DNA of 32,000 bases from Candidatus Omnitrophota bacterium (GTDB taxonomy: Bacteria > Omnitrophota > Gorgyraeia > Zapsychrales > JANLHA01), in assembly GCA_963662715.1 (NCBI GenBank), contig OY759724.1:2700001-2732000 (forward strand). The letters are read 5' to 3'. Position 1 is the first letter of the stretch. Every line of letters begins with the position of its first letter. This document shows positions 17,377 to 25,125 of the stretch, one piece after another. Made by a program: the position numbers and the translations under genes. Under the pieces are notes generated by a model that saw only the letters and a list, made by a program, of their open reading frames with translations, ran no database searches and was not told the DNA's origin.

Positions 17377-18762
17377 ATGAGGAAAATAAAATATGGCATT
17401 TTTTTGCAGATTTTGGCGGTTTTTTTAGTTCTTGTCTTTTGCTGGGATCAGAAATTATACGCTGCGGTGACGTTAAGCGTTTCTCCTGATGAGGGAGGGA
17501 ATAGCCTGCGGTTCGGTAGGGTCGATACGTTCTCCTCCGTAGACAAGGAAGTCCGGATCCGGGTGACCGGCAGTGAAGGCAATCAGTATCAGGTTTTTCA
17601 GAGAATGATGGCTCCTTTGGTCAATGAGAAAGGCGAATCTCTTGACCGTTCAGTGATATTGACCGGCGGGTTGTTAGGGTCGAATGCCCGGGGGAGTCTG
17701 TATATCCAGGACGTAGAACAGTTGGGTTTTTCGGATCAGCAGGTTTATTCCTCTGATCAGGCGGGCACGGCGGATTCATTTGTGCTTCTTTACCGGGTCG
17801 ATCCATCGGCGATTTCTGCAACAGGCTCTTTTCAGGGGCAGCTCCTTTATACTGTCCGGCCTATCGGAGGGAGCAGTTTTGACGAAGTTGTTCTTACTTT
17901 GACCCTGGATGCCGGAGGTGATTTGAAAATTGAGGCCCAGGGGCCGGACGGCTCCGACCGGGTAAGGTTGACGACGGCCGAACGACATATTCAGGACAGT
18001 GCTTTTTCTGTTTCCTTTTCCAGTAATATCGGGGGAAGCAAGATCCGTATCTATCAGGAGGTGGAATCGTTGCCCCGAGATGAACTTCTGCAGCCCGTAG
18101 AGGAAGGTTTGGTCCAGTATCTGGCGCTGGGAGGGGAAAACGGGGATATTCAGCAGGCCAGTTCTGCTGCCCTGCGTCCGGGAAGGGAGCTTTTGTATGA
18201 AAGTACGGCGACTCATGATACCGTTGATGTCTTTTTCAGCGTGAATGCAGATGTGGTGCAGGAATATAAGGCCGGGGATTATGAAGGCAGCATTCGTTAT
18301 ATTATCGAAAGCCGTAACGGGGAGCAGACCGTGGATTGCGTGCTGGCTTTAAATGTAGCGTCTGTCTTTGAACTGAATGTTGAATATCCTCAGGAAGGAA
18401 TGAGTTTCCGGGGGGCTTTGGAGTCCGATCCCCCGCAGGTACGGGAAGTGCAGGTAACAGTGAAATCCAACCTGGGCAAACCTTATGTTATTAACCAGCT
18501 GATTCAAGCCCCGTTAACCAATGAAAAAGGCGTTGAATTTTCCCATGAATTTTTTACTATGAAAGAGGAGGTTCTGGACGGGGACGGGCATATCCCGCAT
18601 GATGATTTTTCACCAGTTGGCATCGGTGAGGTTCCTTTGTACGTTTCTGATGACCAGGGGTCATCCGCAGAGTTGAAAATAAGCTATCGTATGAAGCCTT
18701 ACCATTTTATGCAAGCTGGAAGTTATAAACTGCAAGTTGTTTATTCTTTAGGCGCTATTTAA
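17377..18762 (+). CDS. Secreted protein of three tandem Ig-like/fimbrial-subunit-like modules
   Basis: It has a signal peptide. Three roughly 140-aa modules align with each other (e.g. NQYQVFQRMMAPLVNEKGESL vs KPYVINQLIQAPLTNEKGVEF). Each module ends in a G-x-Y/F-x-x-x-hydrophobic-alternating strand (TGSFQGQLLYTV, AGDYEGSIRYII, AGSYKLQVVYSL). Confidence 0.6.
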   Translation: MRKIKYGIFLQILAVFLVLVFCWDQKLYAAVTLSVSPDEGGNSLRFGRVDTFSSVDKEVRIRVTGSEGNQYQVFQRMMAPLVNEKGESLDRSVILTGGLLGSNARGSLYIQDVEQLGFSDQQVYSSDQAGTADSFVLLYRVDPSAISATGSFQGQLLYTVRPIGGSSFDEVVLTLTLDAGGDLKIEAQGPDGSDRVRLTTAERHIQDSAFSVSFSSNIGGSKIRIYQEVESLPRDELLQPVEEGLVQYLALGGENGDIQQASSAALRPGRELLYESTATHDTVDVFFSVNADVVQEYKAGDYEGSIRYIIESRNGEQTVDCVLALNVASVFELNVEYPQEGMSFRGALESDPPQVREVQVTVKSNLGKPYVINQLIQAPLTNEKGVEFSHEFFTMKEEVLDGDGHIPHDDFSPVGIGEVPLYVSDDQGSSAELKISYRMKPYHFMQAGSYKLQVVYSLGAI

Positions 18763-18789
18763 CTGTTTTCCTGAAAGGAGGGAAATGAA

Positions 18790-19434
18790 ATGCGAAAATT
18801 GATTTGGTTAGCGATTTTTCTTGCCGGAGCCATGATGTGTTTGAGCCCGGCCGTCTACGCGCAAACAAGTTCTGCGGCGTATGATATCTCTGTCACCATT
18901 GATAATGCCAGTACAGCCACGTTTGTGGTCTATCAGATAGATGCCGGTGTTTTCACGGCCTGGACAGACACGACGCTGTCATTCAATCCGGTCCTGACCG
19001 ATGTCAGAGAAGACCCGGCCGACCCGCCTGCCTATGCCTATTTAGGGGATGTGTATTATGCCATCGATGTTTTCCCGTACGGGGCAGGGGCCTTGAACGT
19101 AACACTGTCCTACAGCAATGCTGATCCGGCTTATGATCTGGGTGTGCATGCCATCGGAACTCCGGTTTCGAATGATGATAATGGAACACCAACGATTTAT
19201 ACTGACGATACTGAGACTCCGGTAGGGGTTAAAGCAATCCTGAACAGTATTGCTCAGACAATATATGCCTCCGATATCCTCGCTAACGGGGATTACTTGC
19301 GTTTTTACGTCGGTTTGGCCACGGGTGATCCCACTGAGAATGAACCGTCCGGCGCTGTCCCGTTTAATCCCGGTGATACCCCTGGTCATTATGAAGGCAC
19401 GTTAACAATGACAGTGGCAGCACCTGGGCCATAG
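18790..19434 (+). CDS. Secreted small subunit-like protein (candidate major fibre subunit)
   Basis: GGAGGG lies 7 nt upstream of the ATG. It has a signal peptide (AVYA|QTSS). The C-terminal strand PGHYEGTLTMTV is the same motif seen in the modules of the upstream gene. A strong hairpin follows. Confidence 0.6.
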   Translation: MRKLIWLAIFLAGAMMCLSPAVYAQTSSAAYDISVTIDNASTATFVVYQIDAGVFTAWTDTTLSFNPVLTDVREDPADPPAYAYLGDVYYAIDVFPYGAGALNVTLSYSNADPAYDLGVHAIGTPVSNDDNGTPTIYTDDTETPVGVKAILNSIAQTIYASDILANGDYLRFYVGLATGDPTENEPSGAVPFNPGDTPGHYEGTLTMTVAAPGP

Positions 19435-19456
19435 TCAGATCTTGAAAATTATTTTA

Positions 19457-19488
19457 TTATGCGGGCAAGGGATTCCTTGCCCGCATAA
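19457..19488 (+). promoter_or_regulatory. Perfect 14-bp intercistronic stem-loop without U-tract
   Basis: ttatgcgggcaagg-gatt-ccttgcccgcataa. It sits between the subunit-like gene and the chaperone-like gene. Confidence 0.6.
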
Positions 19489-19503
19489 TATGTCCTGTGA
19501 TAT

Positions 19504-20316
19504 ATGAAAAATTTTTATCTGGTATTACTATTTATTTGTATTTTTTATGGGGGGATCCCGTCTCCGGCGGAAGCCCAACTGGTCCTGCAGAAGAGTGTCG
19601 TCCAACACGATATCCCGAAGGGCGGGACTGTCGTTGATTCTTTTGATGTCACTAACAGCACCAACAAGCCTTTAGGGATAAAATTGTACTGGCAGGATTT
19701 TATTTATAAAGCTCCTTACGACAAGGGGGCAAAAGATTTTATGCCGGCGGGGACATCCGATTATTCCTGTGCGGATATGGTGACCTTCAGCCCCACAAAT
19801 CTGACGTTGCCGCCGTTCGGCAAGGAGAATATCAAATATTCTTTCAAAACCCCTGAAGATTTCCAGGGGGGCTGTGATGGCGTGCTCTTTTTTGAAATGG
19901 ACCGGGATGTCAGTAAGGCCAAAATGGGCATGAGTTTTGTGACGCGTATCGGGGCGCTGTTTTTCCTGGAATCAACGGATAAAGATAAAACGGCTGATGT
20001 GAAAGATTTTTCTTTCGATCAGGCCCGTCTGCAGGGGTCCTTTCATAATCAGGGGAATATTGTTCTTTTCCCCAAAGGCATTTATTATATTCTCAATGAG
20101 GACGGTCTGGTGGAGGACCGGGGCGAGGTGAACAAGCTTTATATCCCTCCCGGCGCCAGAGCCGACTTTCATTTTTCTGTGCCGGAAGCGTTGGATGCCG
20201 GGACCTATACGGTTGTCCTGACGTTCGATCTTGACGGCGGGGACAGTATTGTTAAAGAAGCTGATTTCACGAAAAGTCCTGCCGGGGCTTTTCGTCTTAT
20301 CGCCACAAGGGATTGA
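19504..20316 (+). CDS. Periplasmic PapD-like chaperone candidate (two Ig-like halves)
   Basis: It has a signal peptide. The segment order matches fimbrial chaperones: FDVTNSTNKPLGIKLYW, then LTLPPFGKENIKYSF, then MSFVTRIGALFFLE, then a second beta domain (FHNQGNIVLFPKG...LYIPPGARADFHFSV). This is a call from pattern only. Confidence 0.45.
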   Translation: MKNFYLVLLFICIFYGGIPSPAEAQLVLQKSVVQHDIPKGGTVVDSFDVTNSTNKPLGIKLYWQDFIYKAPYDKGAKDFMPAGTSDYSCADMVTFSPTNLTLPPFGKENIKYSFKTPEDFQGGCDGVLFFEMDRDVSKAKMGMSFVTRIGALFFLESTDKDKTADVKDFSFDQARLQGSFHNQGNIVLFPKGIYYILNEDGLVEDRGEVNKLYIPPGARADFHFSVPEALDAGTYTVVLTFDLDGGDSIVKEADFTKSPAGAFRLIATRD

Positions 20317-20479
20317 TGGTTTTTGCGTAAAATATATAAGATAAGGTGGTGAATGTATTTCTGTGTTTCGATTTCACGTCCAAGTTCCATGTTCATTGCC
20401 GTAATGCGCTGAGCGTGAAATTGATGCTTGCTCACAAAGTAGAATATTATGCACAGGAGCCGCAGAATAGCCGTCGGGT

Positions 20480-23215
20480 ATGACAAAACTTTCGTTGGGG
20501 ATTCTTATAGCCGCATTATTAGCTGTCTTTTTTTGCGGAACAAGCTATGCAGACTCGGAGACAGATTACCATTATTACATGGTCCTGGGGATCAGAGCTT
20601 TTGATAAAGGTTTCTATGATAAAGCGATTTGGTATTTTGAAGAAGCCCAGGCTGTAGACCCTACCAAAAGCACTCCTTTAAAATATATCAAGCTTATTAA
20701 ACGGTTCAAGGAAGGCCGTTTGTCTGTTGTTCAGCCGCCCGTTCGGCAGAAAAAAGGGGCGCCCACACCCGTTGCGCAGGAAAAGTCCGTCATTGAACAG
20801 CACCTTGCGACATCCCGAAAAATGATCGAAGCTAAAGACATGGTCCTGCAGCCTAAGGAGGCTGAAGTTCTTGTCCTGAATGATCAGTTCTGGTCTCTGC
20901 AGCCTAACCTGGAACTGGAAATTGAAACGAACAAGGTTTATGTTTTTCAGGGACAAAATGTCAAACGTTTTTTAAGTGTCAAAGAAGGCGTGCTGGATGT
21001 CGACCGTCTTGATAAGGACCGTATCAGCATATCAGCCAAGAACCGCGCATCGACATTTTTCCATGTCTGGGACGACCGCGGACGCTGGACTTTTCATGTC
21101 CAGGGGAAGCTCCCGGTTCTTTATCAGAATACCCGGGCTCAACAGTTTAAGGATACAGGGATGGAAGACAATCCTCCTTTAAAGATAGCTTATTCTAATA
21201 ACTGGGGGGCTATTTATCGGGGCAACAGTATTCCGGACATGGAACGTTCGAGTTTGACATTTACCCAGTGGGTCGGGACACACGGAAGAATCCCATACGG
21301 AAACTTTGATGCCTCCATGAATTTTTACAAATATGCAGAATCCACGGAAAGAATCGGTGAACGGATGGGCTTGGGGGACGGACGCATCGGCCCGTTTAAG
21401 GATTTTAATATACGCGGCTTTGATACCGAAGTCTATTTGTCGGATTTCTCCGTGCCGGGGCGAAGCTTCCGAGGGGTGCGGTTTGACAGTTACGCATTTA
21501 ACCGGAGATTGAATTATACATTATTTCAGGGGCAGGACAGGGCCCAGTTCCTTTTTATCAGCCCTTCCATTCTGGATGTCCGTAAGACCTATATTGAAGG
21601 CGCCAGTGCCACCTTGTTCCCGGACAGTGACCATAACTACACGATTAATTACGCCCGGGGCTACGGAGACTACCGGGATAACTTTTTGAAAAATAAAGCA
21701 TTTTCTGCTGAAACCGAACATAAGTTTTATAATTTAAAGGTCTCCGGGGAAGTGGGGTACGATGAAGACGTCTATAGCGAAGTTATACGGACAGAATTTA
21801 AAAGATATAATCACACTCTGAATGTGAATGTCCGCGATATTCATAAGGATTATGTTACCGTTGTCGGACGCCCTTCCGGCCGGGGGGAAGCCGGCGGGAA
21901 TATCCGTTATAATTTGAAACTGGAAAAGACGCGTTTTAATTCCAACCTCGACGTTTACCGGAACCGCTATCTGAACAACCCTGAACAGGACGGGGTGAAT
22001 TTTGACTGGAACGGCTCCATGAATCATACCTTGTCTTCCAGCTCTTCCTGGTCCGCGGCAGCATTTGTCTCCTATACGCCGCAGCTTGTTTCCCCGCATC
22101 AAAGCATGAGCCTGACAAACTATTATCATAAAAGGTTCCCTTTCCTCTACGGTCAGGCCATGTCGATGTCTTTGGGGCATTCTTTCCAGAGAAATCGTTA
22201 TGAAGAATCTCCCTTCGCGGAATTTGACCGCAACACGTTATCGGCGGGCTTTAGAATCCCGCTGTTCCCGGACGTGGGTTTTTTTGCCAATTATGATTAC
22301 TCTTTTGTCCATAATATCCAGGAAGACCTGCAGACTTATCCCCAGGTCTTCACAGCCGGCGTGGACTATAATAAAACCCTGTATAATCATGTCATCGGCC
22401 GGTGGAGCCTCCGTTATCGTAATGAGGAAAATGCCACCGGTCAGTTCAGTTTTTTATCGGGAGAAGATTCGATCCGGGGAACAGTGGGCCTCAGTTACCG
22501 CCCGAATCCCGGTTTTGAAATTTACCTGGACAGTAATGTCCGCAGTGTCTGGACAGAGGACCCGGATAACCCCGCTTTTAATGATGCCGATGTCCGAATC
22601 GGTTTTCGCTCCAGTTGGGACACGTTCTTCCATTGGAATCCCACCGGGATTTTCCAGGGACGGGTCTTTAATGATAGCAACGGCAATGCCCGGTACGACC
22701 CGGGGGAAGAGGGGCTGGCTGACATTGGGGTGAAAGTCGGAGATAAGACCGTTAGGACCAACAGCCGGGGAGAGTATTTTGCCACGGTCAGGGCGAAAAA
22801 AGTGCGTGTCGCTTTGGATCTGGGATCTTTACCCATGGGATACATCAATTCAGACGGTTTTATGCGGGATATTGTCGTGGAACATAGACAGGTTAATGCG
22901 GTTGACTTTGGCCTGACCAGCCAGGCCGGGATTTACGGTGTCGTTTATATCGACCGGAACCTGACCGGAACGCTGGATCAGGGAGATGAGTTTATCGCAA
23001 GGGCGAAGATTATCCTTGATGGACAGCATGTCGCGTACAGTGATTTTGAAGGGACATACAGCTTTGATAACATTAAACCCGGTCAACATGTCATCTCGAT
23101 CGATATCAATTCTCTTCCGCTCCAATATATCCCGCTTATCAAGCTCAACAATGAGATTGAAGTCGGGGAAGGGATCACGTATGTTTTTAATATCCCGTTA
23201 AAGGAAGGAAAATAA
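20480..23215 (+). CDS. Large outer-membrane protein: signal peptide, TPR-like helices, CpaC-type pilus N-domain, beta-barrel, two SdrD-B/carboxypeptidase-regulatory-like domains
   Basis: Signal peptide ending SYA|DSE. The segment VKRFLSVKEGVLDVDRLDKDRISISAKNRASTFFHVWDDRGRWTFHVQ matches the pilus-formation N-terminal domain pattern. About 480 aa follow of aromatic-rich alternating strands (GFFANYDYSF, GRWSLRYRNEE, ADVRIGFRSSWDTFF). The C-terminus has GRVFNDSNGNARYDPGEEGLADIGVKV and GVVYIDRNLTGTLDQGDEF...SDFEGTYSFDNIKPGQHVISI. Confidence 0.6.
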   Translation: MTKLSLGILIAALLAVFFCGTSYADSETDYHYYMVLGIRAFDKGFYDKAIWYFEEAQAVDPTKSTPLKYIKLIKRFKEGRLSVVQPPVRQKKGAPTPVAQEKSVIEQHLATSRKMIEAKDMVLQPKEAEVLVLNDQFWSLQPNLELEIETNKVYVFQGQNVKRFLSVKEGVLDVDRLDKDRISISAKNRASTFFHVWDDRGRWTFHVQGKLPVLYQNTRAQQFKDTGMEDNPPLKIAYSNNWGAIYRGNSIPDMERSSLTFTQWVGTHGRIPYGNFDASMNFYKYAESTERIGERMGLGDGRIGPFKDFNIRGFDTEVYLSDFSVPGRSFRGVRFDSYAFNRRLNYTLFQGQDRAQFLFISPSILDVRKTYIEGASATLFPDSDHNYTINYARGYGDYRDNFLKNKAFSAETEHKFYNLKVSGEVGYDEDVYSEVIRTEFKRYNHTLNVNVRDIHKDYVTVVGRPSGRGEAGGNIRYNLKLEKTRFNSNLDVYRNRYLNNPEQDGVNFDWNGSMNHTLSSSSSWSAAAFVSYTPQLVSPHQSMSLTNYYHKRFPFLYGQAMSMSLGHSFQRNRYEESPFAEFDRNTLSAGFRIPLFPDVGFFANYDYSFVHNIQEDLQTYPQVFTAGVDYNKTLYNHVIGRWSLRYRNEENATGQFSFLSGEDSIRGTVGLSYRPNPGFEIYLDSNVRSVWTEDPDNPAFNDADVRIGFRSSWDTFFHWNPTGIFQGRVFNDSNGNARYDPGEEGLADIGVKVGDKTVRTNSRGEYFATVRAKKVRVALDLGSLPMGYINSDGFMRDIVVEHRQVNAVDFGLTSQAGIYGVVYIDRNLTGTLDQGDEFIARAKIILDGQHVAYSDFEGTYSFDNIKPGQHVISIDINSLPLQYIPLIKLNNEIEVGEGITYVFNIPLKEGK

Positions 23216-23377
23216 TTGCACAGGGCGCGCTTTCTTTGTTCGTGTGTGGAAGTCTTCATCCGGGGGTGCGTTCGTAAAATTATGAATCAACAATTTTGTA
23301 AATGGTCTTATTCCGGGTTCGGTGATCCGTGAGCCGGTGAAGAAACCGGAGGGGAATTTTTGGTCCTGCTCTGCGGT

Positions 23378-23638
23378 TTATTTGGCGACGATGGTTTTTC
23401 GAATAACCGTGTGCCCGTCTTCCTGTATTTCTTCCGTAAAGACATTGAATTGAGCTTTTATCGGCGCGTTATCAACAGTTTCTTCAGACATGTTTTCCAT
23501 CGGGGCATTAATACCGGGTACGGCCGGTATATAAACGACGATCCTGAAATCCTGGGAGGCCGTCGCCCCGTAAATATCCTGGCACAGGGATGCGAGGATT
23601 ATCGCTGTGACCATGCCTAAAAAGTATATATGTTTCAT
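23378..23638 (-). CDS. Small secreted protein, unknown function (riboswitch-controlled)
   Basis: 86 aa with a signal peptide (MKHIYFLGMVTAIILASLCQDIYG). GGGAG lies 5 nt upstream of the ATG. It sits directly downstream of the GEMM-I aptamer and its terminator. Confidence 0.7.
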   Translation of the reverse strand: MKHIYFLGMVTAIILASLCQDIYGATASQDFRIVVYIPAVPGINAPMENMSEETVDNAPIKAQFNVFTEEIQEDGHTVIRKTIVAK

Positions 23639-23655
23639 GATGTCTCCCTACAGTT

Positions 23656-23688
23656 AAAGAAAAAGCCCTTCGAAAGATTCGAAGGGCT
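23656..23688 (-). terminator. Intrinsic terminator hairpin (riboswitch expression platform)
   Basis: On the minus strand: agcccttcgaa-tct-ttcgaagggct, a perfect 11-bp stem, followed by ttttcttt. It ends about 17 nt before the start codon at 23638. Confidence 0.75.
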
Positions 23689-23704
23689 CATTATTTACGA
23701 AACC

Positions 23705-23812
23705 GGACGGTTACGGTAGCCAGACAACCATGTCATGCTCCTTATATTTAAGGAAGAGTTAGGTTCACGGCTTTGCGCCCTATTCTTTCGAATAGTTTAC
23801 CTTTCTATTTGT
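23705..23812 (-). promoter_or_regulatory. c-di-GMP-I (GEMM-I) riboswitch aptamer
   Basis: The minus strand reads AAAUAGAAAGGUAAACUAUUCGAAAGAAUAGGGCGCAAAGCCGUGAACCUAACUCUUCCUUAAAUAUAAGGAGCAUGACAUGGUUGUCUGGCUACCG. My recollection of the Vibrio Vc2 aptamer is GGGCAAACCAUUCGAAAGAGUGGGACGCAAAGCCUCCGGCCUAAACC...GCGGGGUUACC. Shared features are a GCAAAC-like 5-prime strand, a 6-bp hairpin capped by a GAAA tetraloop, CGCAAAGCC, a second hairpin (CCGUG...CAUGG) carrying a CCUAA tetraloop-receptor motif, and a 3-prime GGCUACC. An extended -10 (TGtTATACT, 23820-23828 on the minus strand) sits just upstream. Confidence 0.8.
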
Positions 23813-24040
23813 CAATAAAAGTATAACATATAAGGAGTTGCCCCTGCCAGTAAGCCTCTTTTTTGGGAAAGCGTTTTTTCGCCGCATAGAAAAGGATAAA
23901 AGTGGCAAACGGCGGGGAATTCCGACTTTCCTGAATGCTTGCGAGGCCGTGGGCGAGATTTTTTGAAACTTTTCTTTCCAAAATAAAAGGCGCGATGTAT
24001 GATGGTAAATCACGATAAGCAGGAAAGAGAGGCTGTCTCC

Positions 24041-24991
24041 ATGAATAACATTGATCAAAAATATACTGCCGCCCCAAGAGGGATTCCTAAACTTGTGGGG
24101 ATCGGCATTTGTATGGGCGCGGCCAATATTATCCCCGGAGTATCGGGGGGAACCATCGCCTTTATCTTTGGAATATATGCGGACCTGATCAGGGCTATTA
24201 AGCTTTTTGATTTTGAAGTGTTGAAAATGGCTTGCCGGCGACAATGGAAAAAGTTGTTGGATTATTTTCCCTGGAGATTCCTGGCGGCGATTCTCTCCGG
24301 AGTGGTCCTGGCGATATTTTCTTTTGCCAAATTGATGAGCTGGCTGCTGCAGTATCAGCCGGTCCCGACTTTCGCCTTTTTCTTCGGCCTGATTCTGGCC
24401 ACCGCTCCGGTTATCGGCCGGACGATTAAACAATGGAATCCGTCTGTTGTGGCCCTGGGCATCATTTCAACCATCGGTATGTATTTTTTTGTCGGCATGG
24501 TTCCGGTGAACACTCCGGATTCCTTGTGGTTCCTTTTCCTCTGCGGGGCCATTGCGGTCAGCACCATGATTTTACCCGGGATATCGGGATCTTTTGTCTT
24601 GGTGATCCTGGGGAAATATCAATATATCATAGACTGCATTTCACACAGAGATATTGTCCCGTTGGGGGTTGTGGCTTTGGGCTGTGCCGTGGGAATACTC
24701 ATTTTTATCCGTATCCTGAACTGGCTGCTGAACCGTTACCATGATCAGACATTGGTCGTCCTGGCGGGCATGGTTTTGGGGTCTCTGCGTAAGGTGTGGC
24801 CCTGGAAGGAAACGCTTAAAGTCACGGTATCCAGTAAGGGTAAAATCATCCCCATTGAGCAAATCAACCAGCTCCCCGCTGAATTTTCTCCGGAGGTCGT
24901 ACTCGCTGTTATTCTTTTCGTGCTGGGCCTGCTCCTCGCCTGGAACCTGGGCGGGCGTTCGGAATCTCAGAATCTGCAGACAGAGGAGTAA
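24041..24991 (+). CDS. DUF368-family polytopic membrane protein (family recently linked to undecaprenyl-phosphate recycling)
   Basis: Duplicated signature IIPGVSGGTIAFIFGIY and ILPGISGSFVLVILGKY, with many TM helices. The track start is 23999; the ATG at 24041 has AGAGAGG upstream. Confidence 0.75.
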   Translation: MNNIDQKYTAAPRGIPKLVGIGICMGAANIIPGVSGGTIAFIFGIYADLIRAIKLFDFEVLKMACRRQWKKLLDYFPWRFLAAILSGVVLAIFSFAKLMSWLLQYQPVPTFAFFFGLILATAPVIGRTIKQWNPSVVALGIISTIGMYFFVGMVPVNTPDSLWFLFLCGAIAVSTMILPGISGSFVLVILGKYQYIIDCISHRDIVPLGVVALGCAVGILIFIRILNWLLNRYHDQTLVVLAGMVLGSLRKVWPWKETLKVTVSSKGKIIPIEQINQLPAEFSPEVVLAVILFVLGLLLAWNLGGRSESQNLQTEE

Positions 24992-25125
24992 TCCCTGTCT
25001 TTCCTGTTTGTTAAAGTTTTTTTTTGTGCTTCAATGAGGCGTTTTGGGGAGAATTTGCCGTTTTTCCGCGTTCTGCCAGCGTCCCCCGGGAAAAAGATTG
25101 AGTCTGTCCGGGGCCGTCCGTCATT

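Noticed and set aside
20678-23201. Multiple antisense or alternative-frame ORFs inside the 911-aa gene (e.g. 21734..22180 -, 22200..22733 +, 22522..22848 -)
   Set aside because: The long frame is continuous and has coherent domain signatures. The embedded ORFs are Arg/Pro/Ser-rich shadow frames.
23360-23620. 86-aa plus-strand ORF mirroring the small secreted-protein gene
   Set aside because: The minus-strand frame has a signal peptide, a correctly spaced GGGAG RBS and the riboswitch with its terminator directly upstream. The plus-strand frame has none of these.
23780-24433. 217-aa minus-strand ORF overlapping the riboswitch promoter region and the 5-prime part of the DUF368 gene
   Set aside because: It lies antisense to a gene with clear duplicated DUF368 signatures. 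Its product is Arg/Gly/Pro/Ser-rich low-complexity sequence with no motif. Its 3-prime end would run through the GEMM-I aptamer, which explains that DNA better.
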